Source: Naegleria gruberi (Eukaryota). From it: a stretch of 64,000 nucleotides of DNA. Of the stretch, positions 39,201 to 51,200 are shown in pieces. The DNA lies in assembly GCA_000004985.1 (NCBI GenBank), contig GG738873.1; one strand, given 5' to 3'. The position numbers and the translations under genes are program-made. Under the pieces are notes generated by a model. The model did no database searches. It was not told the DNA's origin and worked only from the letters and a program-made list of their open reading frames with translations. Each line of letters begins with the position of its first letter. Position 1 is the stretch's first letter.

Positions 39201-42200
39201 NNNNNNNNNNNNNNNNNNNNNNNNNNNNNNNNNNNNNNNNNNNNNNNNNNNNNNNNNNNNNNNNNNNNNNNNNNNNNNNNNNNNNNNNNNNNNNNNNNNN
39301 NNNNNNNNNNNNNNNNNNNNNNNNNNNNNNNNNNNNNNNNNNNNNNNNNNNNNNNNNNNNNNNNNNNNNNNNNNNNNNNNNNNNNNNNNNNNNNNNNNNN
39401 NNNNNNNNNNNNNNNNNNNNNNNNNNNNNNNNNNNNNNNNNNNNNNNNNNNNNNNNNNNNNNNNNNNNNNNNNNNNNNNNNNNNNNNNNNNNNNNNNNNN
39501 NNNNNNNNNNNNNNNNNNNNNNNNNNNNNNNNNNNNNNNNNNNNNNNNNNNNNNNNNNNNNNNNNNNNNNNNNNNNNNNNNNNNNNNNNNNNNNNNNNNN
39601 NNNNNNNNNNNNNNNNNNNNNNNNNNNNNNNNNNNNNNNNNNNNNNNNNNNNNNNNNNNNNNNNNNNNNNNNNNNNNNNNNNNNNNNNNNNNNNNNNNNN
39701 NNNNNNNNNNNNNNNNNNNNNNNNNNNNNNNNNNNNNNNNNNNNNNNNNNNNNNNNNNNNNNNNNNNNNNNNNNNNNNNNNNNNNNNNNNNNNNNNNNNN
39801 NNNNNNNNNNNNNNNNNNNNNNNNNNNNNNNNNNNNNNNNNNNNNNNNNNNNNNNNNNNNNNNNNNNNNNNNNNNNNNNNNNNNNNNNNNNNNNNNNNNN
39901 NNNNNNNNNNNNNNNNNNNNNNNNNNNNNNNNNNNNNNNNNNNNNNNNNNNNNNNNNNNNNNNNNNNNNNNNNNNNNNNNNNNNNNNNNNNNNNNNNNNN
40001 NNNNNNNNNNNNNNNNNNNNNNNNNNNNNNNNNNNNNNNNNNNNNNNNNNNNNNNNNNNNNNNNNNNNNNNNNNNNNNNNNNNNNNNNNNNNNNNNNNNN
40101 NNNNNNNNNNNNNNNNNNNNNNNNNNNNNNNNNNNNNNNNNNNNNNNNNNNNNNNNNNNNNNNNNNNNNNNNNNNNNNNNNNNNNNNNNNNNNNNNNNNN
40201 NNNNNNNNNNNNNNNNNNNNNNNNNNNNNNNNNNNNNNNNNNNNNNNNNNNNNNNNNNNNNNNNNNNNNNNNNNNNNNNNNNNNNNNNNNNNNNNNNNNN
40301 NNNNNNNNNNNNNNNNNNNNNNNNNNNNNNNNNNNNNNNNNNNNNNNNNNNNNNNNNNNNNNNNNNNNNNNNNNNNNNNNNNNNNNNNNNNNNNNNNNNN
40401 NNNNNNNNNNNNNNNNNNNNNNNNNNNNNNNNNNNNNNNNNNNNNNNNNNNNNNNNNNNNNNNNNNNNNNNNNNNNNNNNNNNNNNNNNNNNNNNNNNNN
40501 NNNNNNNNNNNNNNNNNNNNNNNNNNNNNNNNNNNNNNNNNNNNNNNNNNNNNNNNNNNNNNNNNNNNNNNNNNNNNNNNNNNNNNNNNNNNNNNNNNNN
40601 NNNNNNNNNNNNNNNNNNNNNNNNNNNNNNNNNNNNNNNNNNNNNNNNNNNNNNNNNNNNNNNNNNNNNNNNNNNNNNNNNNNNNNNNNNNNNNNNNNNN
40701 NNNNNNNNNNNNNNNNNNNNNNNNNNNNNNNNNNNNNNNNNNNNNNNNNNNNNNNNNNNNNNNNNNNNNNNNNNNNNNNNNNNNNNNNNNNNNNNNNNNN
40801 NNNNNNNNNNNNNNNNNNNNNNNNNNNNNNNNNNNNNNNNNNNNNNNNNNNNNNNNNNNNNNNNNNNNNNNNNNNNNNNNNNNNNNNNNNNNNNNNNNNN
40901 NNNNNNNNNNNNNNNNNNNNNNNNNNNNNNNNNNNNNNNNNNNNNNNNNNNNNNNNNNNNNNNNNNNNNNNNNNNNNNNNNNNNNNNNNNNNNNNNNNNN
41001 NNNNNNNNNNNNNNNNNNNNNNNNNNNNNNNNNNNNNNNNNNNNNNNNNNNNNNNNNNNNNNNNNNNNNNNNNNNNNNNNNNNNNNNNNNNNNNNNNNNN
41101 NNNNNNNNNNNNNNNNNNNNNNNNNNNNNNNNNNNNNNNNNNNNNNNNNNNNNNNNNNNNNNNNNNNNNNNNNNNNNNNNNNNNNNNNNNNNNNNNNNNN
41201 NNNNNNNNNNNNNNNNNNNNNNNNNNNNNNNNNNNNNNNNNNNNNNNNNNNNNNNNNNNNNNNNNNNNNNNNNNNNNNNNNNNNNNNNNNNNNNNNNNNN
41301 NNNNNNNNNNNNNNNNNNNNNNNNNNNNNNNNNNNNNNNNNNNNNNNNNNNNNNNNNNNNNNNNNNNNNNNNNNNNNNNNNNNNNNNNNNNNNNNNNNNN
41401 NNNNNNNNNNNNNNNNNNNNNNNNNNNNNNNNNNNNNNNNNNNNNNNNNNNNNNNNNNNNNNNNNNNNNNNNNNNNNNNNNNNNNNNNNNNNNNNNNNNN
41501 NNNNNNNNNNNNNNNNNNNNNNNNNNNNNNNNNNNNNNNNNNNNNNNNNNNNNNNNNNNNNNNNNNNNNNNNNNNNNNNNNNNNNNNNNNNNNNNNNNNN
41601 NNNNNNNNNNNNNNNNNNNNNNNNNNNNNNNNNNNNNNNNNNNNNNNNNNNNNNNNNNNNNNNNNNNNNNNNNNNNNNNNNNNNNNNNNNNNNNNNNNNN
41701 NNNNNNNNNNNNNNNNNNNNNNNNNNNNNNNNNNNNNNNNNNNNNNNNNNNNNNNNNNNNNNNNNNNNNNNNNNNNNNNNNNNNNNNNNNNNNNNNNNNN
41801 NNNNNNNNNNNNNNNNNNNNNNNNNNNNNNNNNNNNNNNNNNNNNNNNNNNNNNNNNNNNNNNNNNNNNNNNNNNNNNNNNNNNNNNNNNNNNNNNNNNN
41901 NNNNNNNNNNNNNNNNNNNNNNNNNNNNNNNNNNNNNNNNNNNNNNNNNNNNNNNNNNNNNNNNNNNNNNNNNNNNNNNNNNNNNNNNNNNNNNNNNNNN
42001 NNNNNNNNNNNNNNNNNNNNNNNNNNNNNNNNNNNNNNNNNNNNNNNNNNNNNNNNNNNNNNNNNNNNNNNNNNNNNNNNNNNNNNNNNNNNNNNNNNNN
42101 NNNNNNNNNNNNNNNNNNNNNNNNNNNNNNNNNNNNNNNNNNNNNNNNNNNNNNNNNNNNNNNNNNNNNNNNNNNNNNNNNNNNNNNNNNNNNNNNNNNN

Positions 42201-45200
42201 NNNNNNNNNNNNNNNNNNNNNNNNNNNNNNNNNNNNNNNNNNNNNNNNNNNNNNNNNNNNNNNNNNNNNNNNNNNNNNNNNNNNNNNNNNNNNNNNNNNN
42301 NNNNNNNNNNNNNNNNNNNNNNNNNNNNNNNNNNNNNNNNNNNNNNNNNNNNNNNNNNNNNNNNNNNNNNNNNNNNNNNNNNNNNNNNNNNNNNNNNNNN
42401 NNNNNNNNNNNNNNNNNNNNNNNNNNNNNNNNNNNNNNNNNNNNNNNNNNNNNNNNNNNNNNNNNNNNNNNNNNNNNNNNNNNNNNNNNNNNNNNNNNNN
42501 NNNNNNNNNNNNNNNNNNNNNNNNNNNNNNNNNNNNNNNNNNNNNNNNNNNNNNNNNNNNNNNNNNNNNNNNNNNNNNNNNNNNNNNNNNNNNNNNNNNN
42601 NNNNNNNNNNNNNNNNNNNNNNNNNNNNNNNNNNNNNNNNNNNNNNNNNNNNNNNNNNNNNNNNNNNNNNNNNNNNNNNNNNNNNNNNNNNNNNNNNNNN
42701 NNNNNNNNNNNNNNNNNNNNNNNNNNNNNNNNNNNNNNNNNNNNNNNNNNNNNNNNNNNNNNNNNNNNNNNNNNNNNNNNNNNNNNNNNNNNNNNNNNNN
42801 NNNNNNNNNNNNNNNNNNNNNNNNNNNNNNNNNNNNNNNNNNNNNNNNNNNNNNNNNNNNNNNNNNNNNNNNNNNNNNNNNNNNNNNNNNNNNNNNNNNN
42901 NNNNNNNNNNNNNNNNNNNNNNNNNNNNNNNNNNNNNNNNNNNNNNNNNNNNNNNNNNNNNNNNNNNNNNNNNNNNNNNNNNNNNNNNNNNNNNNNNNNN
43001 NNNNNNNNNNNNNNNNNNNNNNNNNNNNNNNNNNNNNNNNNNNNNNNNNNNNNNNNNNNNNNNNNNNNNNNNNNNNNNNNNNNNNNNNNNNNNNNNNNNN
43101 NNNNNNNNNNNNNNNNNNNNNNNNNNNNNNNNNNNNNNNNNNNNNNNNNNNNNNNNNNNNNNNNNNNNNNNNNNNNNNNNNNNNNNNNNNNNNNNNNNNN
43201 NNNNNNNNNNNNNNNNNNNNNNNNNNNNNNNNNNNNNNNNNNNNNNNNNNNNNNNNNNNNNNNNNNNNNNNNNNNNNNNNNNNNNNNNNNNNNNNNNNNN
43301 NNNNNNNNNNNNNNNNNNNNNNNNNNNNNNNNNNNNNNNNNNNNNNNNNNNNNNNNNNNNNNNNNNNNNNNNNNNNNNNNNNNNNNNNNNNNNNNNNNNN
43401 NNNNNNNNNNNNNNNNNNNNNNNNNNNNNNNNNNNNNNNNNNNNNNNNNNNNNNNNNNNNNNNNNNNNNNNNNNNNNNNNNNNNNNNNNNNNNNNNNNNN
43501 NNNNNNNNNNNNNNNNNNNNNNNNNNNNNNNNNNNNNNNNNNNNNNNNNNNNNNNNNNNNNNNNNNNNNNNNNNNNNNNNNNNNNNNNNNNNNNNNNNNN
43601 NNNNNNNNNNNNNNNNNNNNNNNNNNNNNNNNNNNNNNNNNNNNNNNNNNNNNNNNNNNNNNNNNNNNNNNNNNNNNNNNNNNNNNNNNNNNNNNNNNNN
43701 NNNNNNNNNNNNNNNNNNNNNNNNNNNNNNNNNNNNNNNNNNNNNNNNNNNNNNNNNNNNNNNNNNNNNNNNNNNNNNNNNNNNNNNNNNNNNNNNNNNN
43801 NNNNNNNNNNNNNNNNNNNNNNNNNNNNNNNNNNNNNNNNNNNNNNNNNNNNNNNNNNNNNNNNNNNNNNNNNNNNNNNNNNNNNNNNNNNNNNNNNNNN
43901 NNNNNNNNNNNNNNNNNNNNNNNNNNNNNNNNNNNNNNNNNNNNNNNNNNNNNNNNNNNNNNNNNNNNNNNNNNNNNNNNNNNNNNNNNNNNNNNNNNNN
44001 NNNNNNNNNNNNNNNNNNNNNNNNNNNNNNNNNNNNNNNNNNNNNNNNNNNNNNNNNNNNNNNNNNNNNNNNNNNNNNNNNNNNNNNNNNNNNNNNNNNN
44101 NNNNNNNNNNNNNNNNNNNNNNNNNNNNNNNNNNNNNNNNNNNNNNNNNNNNNNNNNNNNNNNNNNNNNNNNNNNNNNNNNNNNNNNNNNNNNNNNNNNN
44201 NNNNNNNNNNNNNNNNNNNNNNNNNNNNNNNNNNNNNNNNNNNNNNNNNNNNNNNNNNNNNNNNNNNNNNNNNNNNNNNNNNNNNNNNNNNNNNNNNNNN
44301 NNNNNNNNNNNNNNNNNNNNNNNNNNNNNNNNNNNNNNNNNNNNNNNNNNNNNNNNNNNNNNNNNNNNNNNNNNNNNNNNNNNNNNNNNNNNNNNNNNNN
44401 NNNNNNNNNNNNNNNNNNNNNNNNNNNNNNNNNNNNNNNNNNNNNNNNNNNNNNNNNNNNNNNNNNNNNNNNNNNNNNNNNNNNNNNNNNNNNNNNNNNN
44501 NNNNNNNNNNNNNNNNNNNNNNNNNNNNNNNNNNNNNNNNNNNNNNNNNNNNNNNNNNNNNNNNNNNNNNNNNNNNNNNNNNNNNNNNNNNNNNNNNNNN
44601 NNNNNNNNNNNNNNNNNNNNNNNNNNNNNNNNNNNNNNNNNNNNNNNNNNNNNNNNNNNNNNNNNNNNNNNNNNNNNNNNNNNNNNNNNNNNNNNNNNNN
44701 NNNNNNNNNNNNNNNNNNNNNNNNNNNNNNNNNNNNNNNNNNNNNNNNNNNNNNNNNNNNNNNNNNNNNNNNNNNNNNNNNNNNNNNNNNNNNNNNNNNN
44801 NNNNNNNNNNNNNNNNNNNNNNNNNNNNNNNNNNNNNNNNNNNNNNNNNNNNNNNNNNNNNNNNNNNNNNNNNNNNNNNNNNNNNNNNNNNNNNNNNNNN
44901 NNNNNNNNNNNNNNNNNNNNNNNNNNNNNNNNNNNNNNNNNNNNNNNNNNNNNNNNNNNNNNNNNNNNNNNNNNNNNNNNNNNNNNNNNNNNNNNNNNNN
45001 NNNNNNNNNNNNNNNNNNNNNNNNNNNNNNNNNNNNNNNNNNNNNNNNNNNNNNNNNNNNNNNNNNNNNNNNNNNNNNNNNNNNNNNNNNNNNNNNNNNN
45101 NNNNNNNNNNNNNNNNNNNNNNNNNNNNNNNNNNNNNNNNNNNNNNNNNNNNNNNNNNNNNNNNNNNNNNNNNNNNNNNNNNNNNNNNNNNNNNNNNNNN

Positions 45201-48200
45201 NNNNNNNNNNNNNNNNNNNNNNNNNNNNNNNNNNNNNNNNNNNNNNNNNNNNNNNNNNNNNNNNNNNNNNNNNNNNNNNNNNNNNNNNNNNNNNNNNNNN
45301 NNNNNNNNNNNNNNNNNNNNNNNNNNNNNNNNNNNNNNNNNNNNNNNNNNNNNNNNNNNNNNNNNNNNNNNNNNNNNNNNNNNNNNNNNNNNNNNNNNNN
45401 NNNNNNNNNNNNNNNNNNNNNNNNNNNNNNNNNNNNNNNNNNNNNNNNNNNNNNNNNNNNNNNNNNNNNNNNNNNNNNNNNNNNNNNNNNNNNNNNNNNN
45501 NNNNNNNNNNNNNNNNNNNNNNNNNNNNNNNNNNNNNNNNNNNNNNNNNNNNNNNNNNNNNNNNNNNNNNNNNNNNNNNNNNNNNNNNNNNNNNNNNNNN
45601 NNNNNNNNNNNNNNNNNNNNNNNNNNNNNNNNNNNNNNNNNNNNNNNNNNNNNNNNNNNNNNNNNNNNNNNNNNNNNNNNNNNNNNNNNNNNNNNNNNNN
45701 NNNNNNNNNNNNNNNNNNNNNNNNNNNNNNNNNNNNNNNNNNNNNNNNNNNNNNNNNNNNNNNNNNNNNNNNNNNNNNNNNNNNNNNNNNNNNNNNNNNN
45801 NNNNNNNNNNNNNNNNNNNNNNNNNNNNNNNNNNNNNNNNNNNNNNNNNNNNNNNNNNNNNNNNNNNNNNNNNNNNNNNNNNNNNNNNNNNNNNNNNNNN
45901 NNNNNNNNNNNNNNNNNNNNNNNNNNNNNNNNNNNNNNNNNNNNNNNNNNNNNNNNNNNNNNNNNNNNNNNNNNNNNNNNNNNNNNNNNNNNNNNNNNNN
46001 NNNNNNNNNNNNNNNNNNNNNNNNNNNNNNNNNNNNNNNNNNNNNNNNNNNNNNNNNNNNNNNNNNNNNNNNNNNNNNNNNNNNNNNNNNNNNNNNNNNN
46101 NNNNNNNNNNNNNNNNNNNNNNNNNNNNNNNNNNNNNNNNNNNNNNNNNNNNNNNNNNNNNNNNNNNNNNNNNNNNNNNNNNNNNNNNNNNNNNNNNNNN
46201 NNNNNNNNNNNNNNNNNNNNNNNNNNNNNNNNNNNNNNNNNNNNNNNNNNNNNNNNNNNNNNNNNNNNNNNNNNNNNNNNNNNNNNNNNNNNNNNNNNNN
46301 NNNNNNNNNNNNNNNNNNNNNNNNNNNNNNNNNNNNNNNNNNNNNNNNNNNNNNNNNNNNNNNNNNNNNNNNNNNNNNNNNNNNNNNNNNNNNNNNNNNN
46401 NNNNNNNNNNNNNNNNNNNNNNNNNNNNNNNNNNNNNNNNNNNNNNNNNNNNNNNNNNNNNNNNNNNNNNNNNNNNNNNNNNNNNNNNNNNNNNNNNNNN
46501 NNNNNNNNNNNNNNNNNNNNNNNNNNNNNNNNNNNNNNNNNNNNNNNNNNNNNNNNNNNNNNNNNNNNNNNNNNNNNNNNNNNNNNNNNNNNNNNNNNNN
46601 NNNNNNNNNNNNNNNNNNNNNNNNNNNNNNNNNNNNNNNNNNNNNNNNNNNNNNNNNNNNNNNNNNNNNNNNNNNNNNNNNNNNNNNNNNNNNNNNNNNN
46701 NNNNNNNNNNNNNNNNNNNNNNNNNNNNNNNNNNNNNNNNNNNNNNNNNNNNNNNNNNNNNNNNNNNNNNNNNNNNNNNNNNNNNNNNNNNNNNNNNNNN
46801 NNNNNNNNNNNNNNNNNNNNNNNNNNNNNNNNNNNNNNNNNNNNNNNNNNNNNNNNNNNNNNNNNNNNNNNNNNNNNNNNNNNNNNNNNNNNNNNNNNNN
46901 NNNNNNNNNNNNNNNNNNNNNNNNNNNNNNNNNNNNNNNNNNNNNNNNNNNNNNNNNNNNNNNNNNNNNNNNNNNNNNNNNNNNNNNNNNNNNNNNNNNN
47001 NNNNNNNNNNNNNNNNNNNNNNNNNNNNNNNNNNNNNNNNNNNNNNNNNNNNNNNNNNNNNNNNNNNNNNNNNNNNNNNNNNNNNNNNNNNNNNNNNNNN
47101 NNNNNNNNNNNNNNNNNNNNNNNNNNNNNNNNNNNNNNNNNNNNNNNNNNNNNNNNNNNNNNNNNNNNNNNNNNNNNNNNNNNNNNNNNNNNNNNNNNNN
47201 NNNNNNNNNNNNNNNNNNNNNNNNNNNNNNNNNNNNNNNNNNNNNNNNNNNNNNNNNNNNNNNNNNNNNNNNNNNNNNNNNNNNNNNNNNNNNNNNNNNN
47301 NNNNNNNNNNNNNNNNNNNNNNNNNNNNNNNNNNNNNNNNNNNNNNNNNNNNNNNNNNNNNNNNNNNNNNNNNNNNNNNNNNNNNNNNNNNNNNNNNNNN
47401 NNNNNNNNNNNNNNNNNNNNNNNNNNNNNNNNNNNNNNNNNNNNNNNNNNNNNNNNNNNNNNNNNNNNNNNNNNNNNNNNNNNNNNNNNNNNNNNNNNNN
47501 NNNNNNNNNNNNNNNNNNNNNNNNNNNNNNNNNNNNNNNNNNNNNNNNNNNNNNNNNNNNNNNNNNNNNNNNNNNNNNNNNNNNNNNNNNNNNNNNNNNN
47601 NNNNNNNNNNNNNNNNNNNNNNNNNNNNNNNNNNNNNNNNNNNNNNNNNNNNNNNNNNNNNNNNNNNNNNNNNNNNNNNNNNNNNNNNNNNNNNNNNNNN
47701 NNNNNNNNNNNNNNNNNNNNNNNNNNNNNNNNNNNNNNNNNNNNNNNNNNNNNNNNNNNNNNNNNNNNNNNNNNNNNNNNNNNNNNNNNNNNNNNNNNNN
47801 NNNNNNNNNNNNNNNNNNNNNNNNNNNNNNNNNNNNNNNNNNNNNNNNNNNNNNNNNNNNNNNNNNNNNNNNNNNNNNNNNNNNNNNNNNNNNNNNNNNN
47901 NNNNNNNNNNNNNNNNNNNNNNNNNNNNNNNNNNNNNNNNNNNNNNNNNNNNNNNNNNNNNNNNNNNNNNNNNNNNNNNNNNNNNNNNNNNNNNNNNNNN
48001 NNNNNNNNNNNNNNNNNNNNNNNNNNNNNNNNNNNNNNNNNNNNNNNNNNNNNNNNNNNNNNNNNNNNNNNNNNNNNNNNNNNNNNNNNNNNNNNNNNNN
48101 NNNNNNNNNNNNNNNNNNNNNNNNNNNNNNNNNNNNNNNNNNNNNNNNNNNNNNNNNNNNNNNNNNNNNNNNNNNNNNNNNNNNNNNNNNNNNNNNNNNN

Positions 48201-51200
48201 NNNNNNNNNNNNNNNNNNNNNNNNNNNNNNNNNNNNNNNNNNNNNNNNNNNNNNNNNNNNNNNNNNNNNNNNNNNNNNNNNNNNNNNNNNNNNNNNNNNN
48301 NNNNNNNNNNNNNNNNNNNNNNNNNNNNNNNNNNNNNNNNNNNNNNNNNNNNNNNNNNNNNNNNNNNNNNNNNNNNNNNNNNNNNNNNNNNNNNNNNNNN
48401 NNNNNNNNNNNNNNNNNNNNNNNNNNNNNNNNNNNNNNNNNNNNNNNNNNNNNNNNNNNNNNNNNNNNNNNNNNNNNNNNNNNNNNNNNNNNNNNNNNNN
48501 NNNNNNNNNNNNNNNNNNNNNNNNNNNNNNNNNNNNNNNNNNNNNNNNNNNNNNNNNNNNNNNNNNNNNNNNNNNNNNNNNNNNNNNNNNNNNNNNNNNN
48601 NNNNNNNNNNNNNNNNNNNNNNNNNNNNNNNNNNNNNNNNNNNNNNNNNNNNNNNNNNNNNNNNNNNNNNNNNNNNNNNNNNNNNNNNNNNNNNNNNNNN
48701 NNNNNNNNNNNNNNNNNNNNNNNNNNNNNNNNNNNNNNNNNNNNNNNNNNNNNNNNNNNNNNNNNNNNNNNNNNNNNNNNNNNNNNNNNNNNNNNNNNNN
48801 NNNNNNNNNNNNNNNNNNNNNNNNNNNNNNNNNNNNNNNNNNNNNNNNNNNNNNNNNNNNNNNNNNNNNNNNNNNNNNNNNNNNNNNNNNNNNNNNNNNN
48901 NNNNNNNNNNNNNNNNNNNNNNNNNNNNNNNNNNNNNNNNNNNNNNNNNNNNNNNNNNNNNNNNNNNNNNNNNNNNNNNNNNNNNNNNNNNNNNNNNNNN
49001 NNNNNNNNNNNNNNNNNNNNNNNNNNNNNNNNNNNNNNNNNNNNNNNNNNNNNNNNNNNNNNNNNNNNNNNNNNNNNNNNNNNNNNNNNNNNNNNNNNNN
49101 NNNNNNNNNNNNNNNNNNNNNNNNNNNNNNNNNNNNNNNNNNNNNNNNNNNNNNNNNNNNNNNNNNNNNNNNNNNNNNNNNNNNNNNNNNNNNNNNNNNN
49201 NNNNNNNNNNNNNNNNNNNNNNNNNNNNNNNNNNNNNNNNNNNNNNNNNNNNNNNNNNNNNNNNNNNNNNNNNNNNNNNNNNNNNNNNNNNNNNNNNNNN
49301 NNNNNNNNNNNNNNNNNNNNNNNNNNNNNNNNNNNNNNNNNNNNNNNNNNNNNNNNNNNNNNNNNNNNNNNNNNNNNNNNNNNNNNNNNNNNNNNNNNNN
49401 NNNNNNNNNNNNNNNNNNNNNNNNNNNNNNNNNNNNNNNNNNNNNNNNNNNNNNNNNNNNNNNNNNNNNNNNNNNNNNNNNNNNNNNNNNNNNNNNNNNN
49501 NNNNNNNNNNNNNNNNNNNNNNNNNNNNNNNNNNNNNNNNNNNNNNNNNNNNNNNNNNNNNNNNNNNNNNNNNNNNNNNNNNNNNNNNNNNNNNNNNNNN
49601 NNNNNNNNNNNNNNNNNNNNNNNNNNNNNNNNNNNNNNNNNNNNNNNNNNNNNNNNNNNNNNNNNNNNNNNNNNNNNNNNNNNNNNNNNNNNNNNNNNNN
49701 NNNNNNNNNNNNNNNNNNNNNNNNNNNNNNNNNNNNNNNNNNNNNNNNNNNNNNNNNNNNNNNNNNNNNNNNNNNNNNNNNNNNNNNNNNNNNNNNNNNN
49801 NNNNNNNNNNNNNNNNNNNNNNNNNNNNNNNNNNNNNNNNNNNNNNNNNNNNNNNNNNNNNNNNNNNNNNNNNNNNNNNNNNNNNNNNNNNNNNNNNNNN
49901 NNNNNNNNNNNNNNNNNNNNNNNNNNNNNNNNNNNNNNNNNNNNNNNNNNNNNNNNNNNNNNNNNNNNNNNNNNNNNNNNNNNNNNNNNNNNNNNNNNNN
50001 NNNNNNNNNNNNNNNNNNNNNNNNNNNNNNNNNNNNNNNNNNNNNNNNNNNNNNNNNNNNNNNNNNNNNNNNNNNNNNNNNNNNNNNNNNNNNNNNNNNN
50101 NNNNNNNNNNNNNNNNNNNNNNNNNNNNNNNNNNNNNNNNNNNNNNNNNNNNNNNNNNNNNNNNNNNNNNNNNNNNNNNNNNNNNNNNNNNNNNNNNNNN
50201 NNNNNNNNNNNNNNNNNNNNNNNNNNNNNNNNNNNNNNNNNNNNNNNNNNNNNNNNNNNNNNNNNNNNNNNNNNNNNNNNNNNNNNNNNNNNNNNNNNNN
50301 NNNNNNNNNNNNNNNNNNNNNNNNNNNNNNNNNNNNNNNNNNNNNNNNNNNNNNNNNNNNNNNNNNNNNNNNNNNNNNNNNNNNNNNNNNNNNNNNNNNN
50401 NNNNNNNNNNNNNNNNNNNNNNNNNNNNNNNNNNNNNNNNNNNNNNNNNNNNNNNNNNNNNNNNNNNNNNNNNNNNNNNNNNNNNNNNNNNNNNNNNNNN
50501 NNNNNNNNNNNNNNNNNNNNNNNNNNNNNNNNNNNNNNNNNNNNNNNNNNNNNNNNNNNNNNNNNNNNNNNNNNNNNNNNNNNNNNNNNNNNNNNNNNNN
50601 NNNNNNNNNNNNNNNNNNNNNNNNNNNNNNNNNNNNNNNNNNNNNNNNNNNNNNNNNNNNNNNNNNNNNNNNNNNNNNNNNNNNNNNNNNNNNNNNNNNN
50701 NNNNNNNNNNNNNNNNNNNNNNNNNNNNNNNNNNNNNNNNNNNNNNNNNNNNNNNNNNNNNNNNNNNNNNNNNNNNNNNNNNNNNNNNNNNNNNNNNNNN
50801 NNNNNNNNNNNNNNNNNNNNNNNNNNNNNNNNNNNNNNNNNNNNNNNNNNNNNNNNNNNNNNNNNNNNNNNNNNNNNNNNNNNNNNNNNNNNNNNNNNNN
50901 NNNNNNNNNNNNNNNNNNNNNNNNNNNNNNNNNNNNNNNNNNNNNNNNNNNNNNNNNNNNNNNNNNNNNNNNNNNNNNNNNNNNNNNNNNNNNNNNNNNN
51001 NNNNNNNNNNNNNNNNNNNNNNNNNNNNNNNNNNNNNNNNNNNNNNNNNNNNNNNNNNNNNNNNNNNNNNNNNNNNNNNNNNNNNNNNNNNNNNNNNNNN
51101 NNNNNNNNNNNNNNNNNNNNNNNNNNNNNNNNNNNNNNNNNNNNNNNNNNNNNNNNNNNNNNNNNNNNNNNNNNNNNNNNNNNNNNNNNNNNNNNNNNNN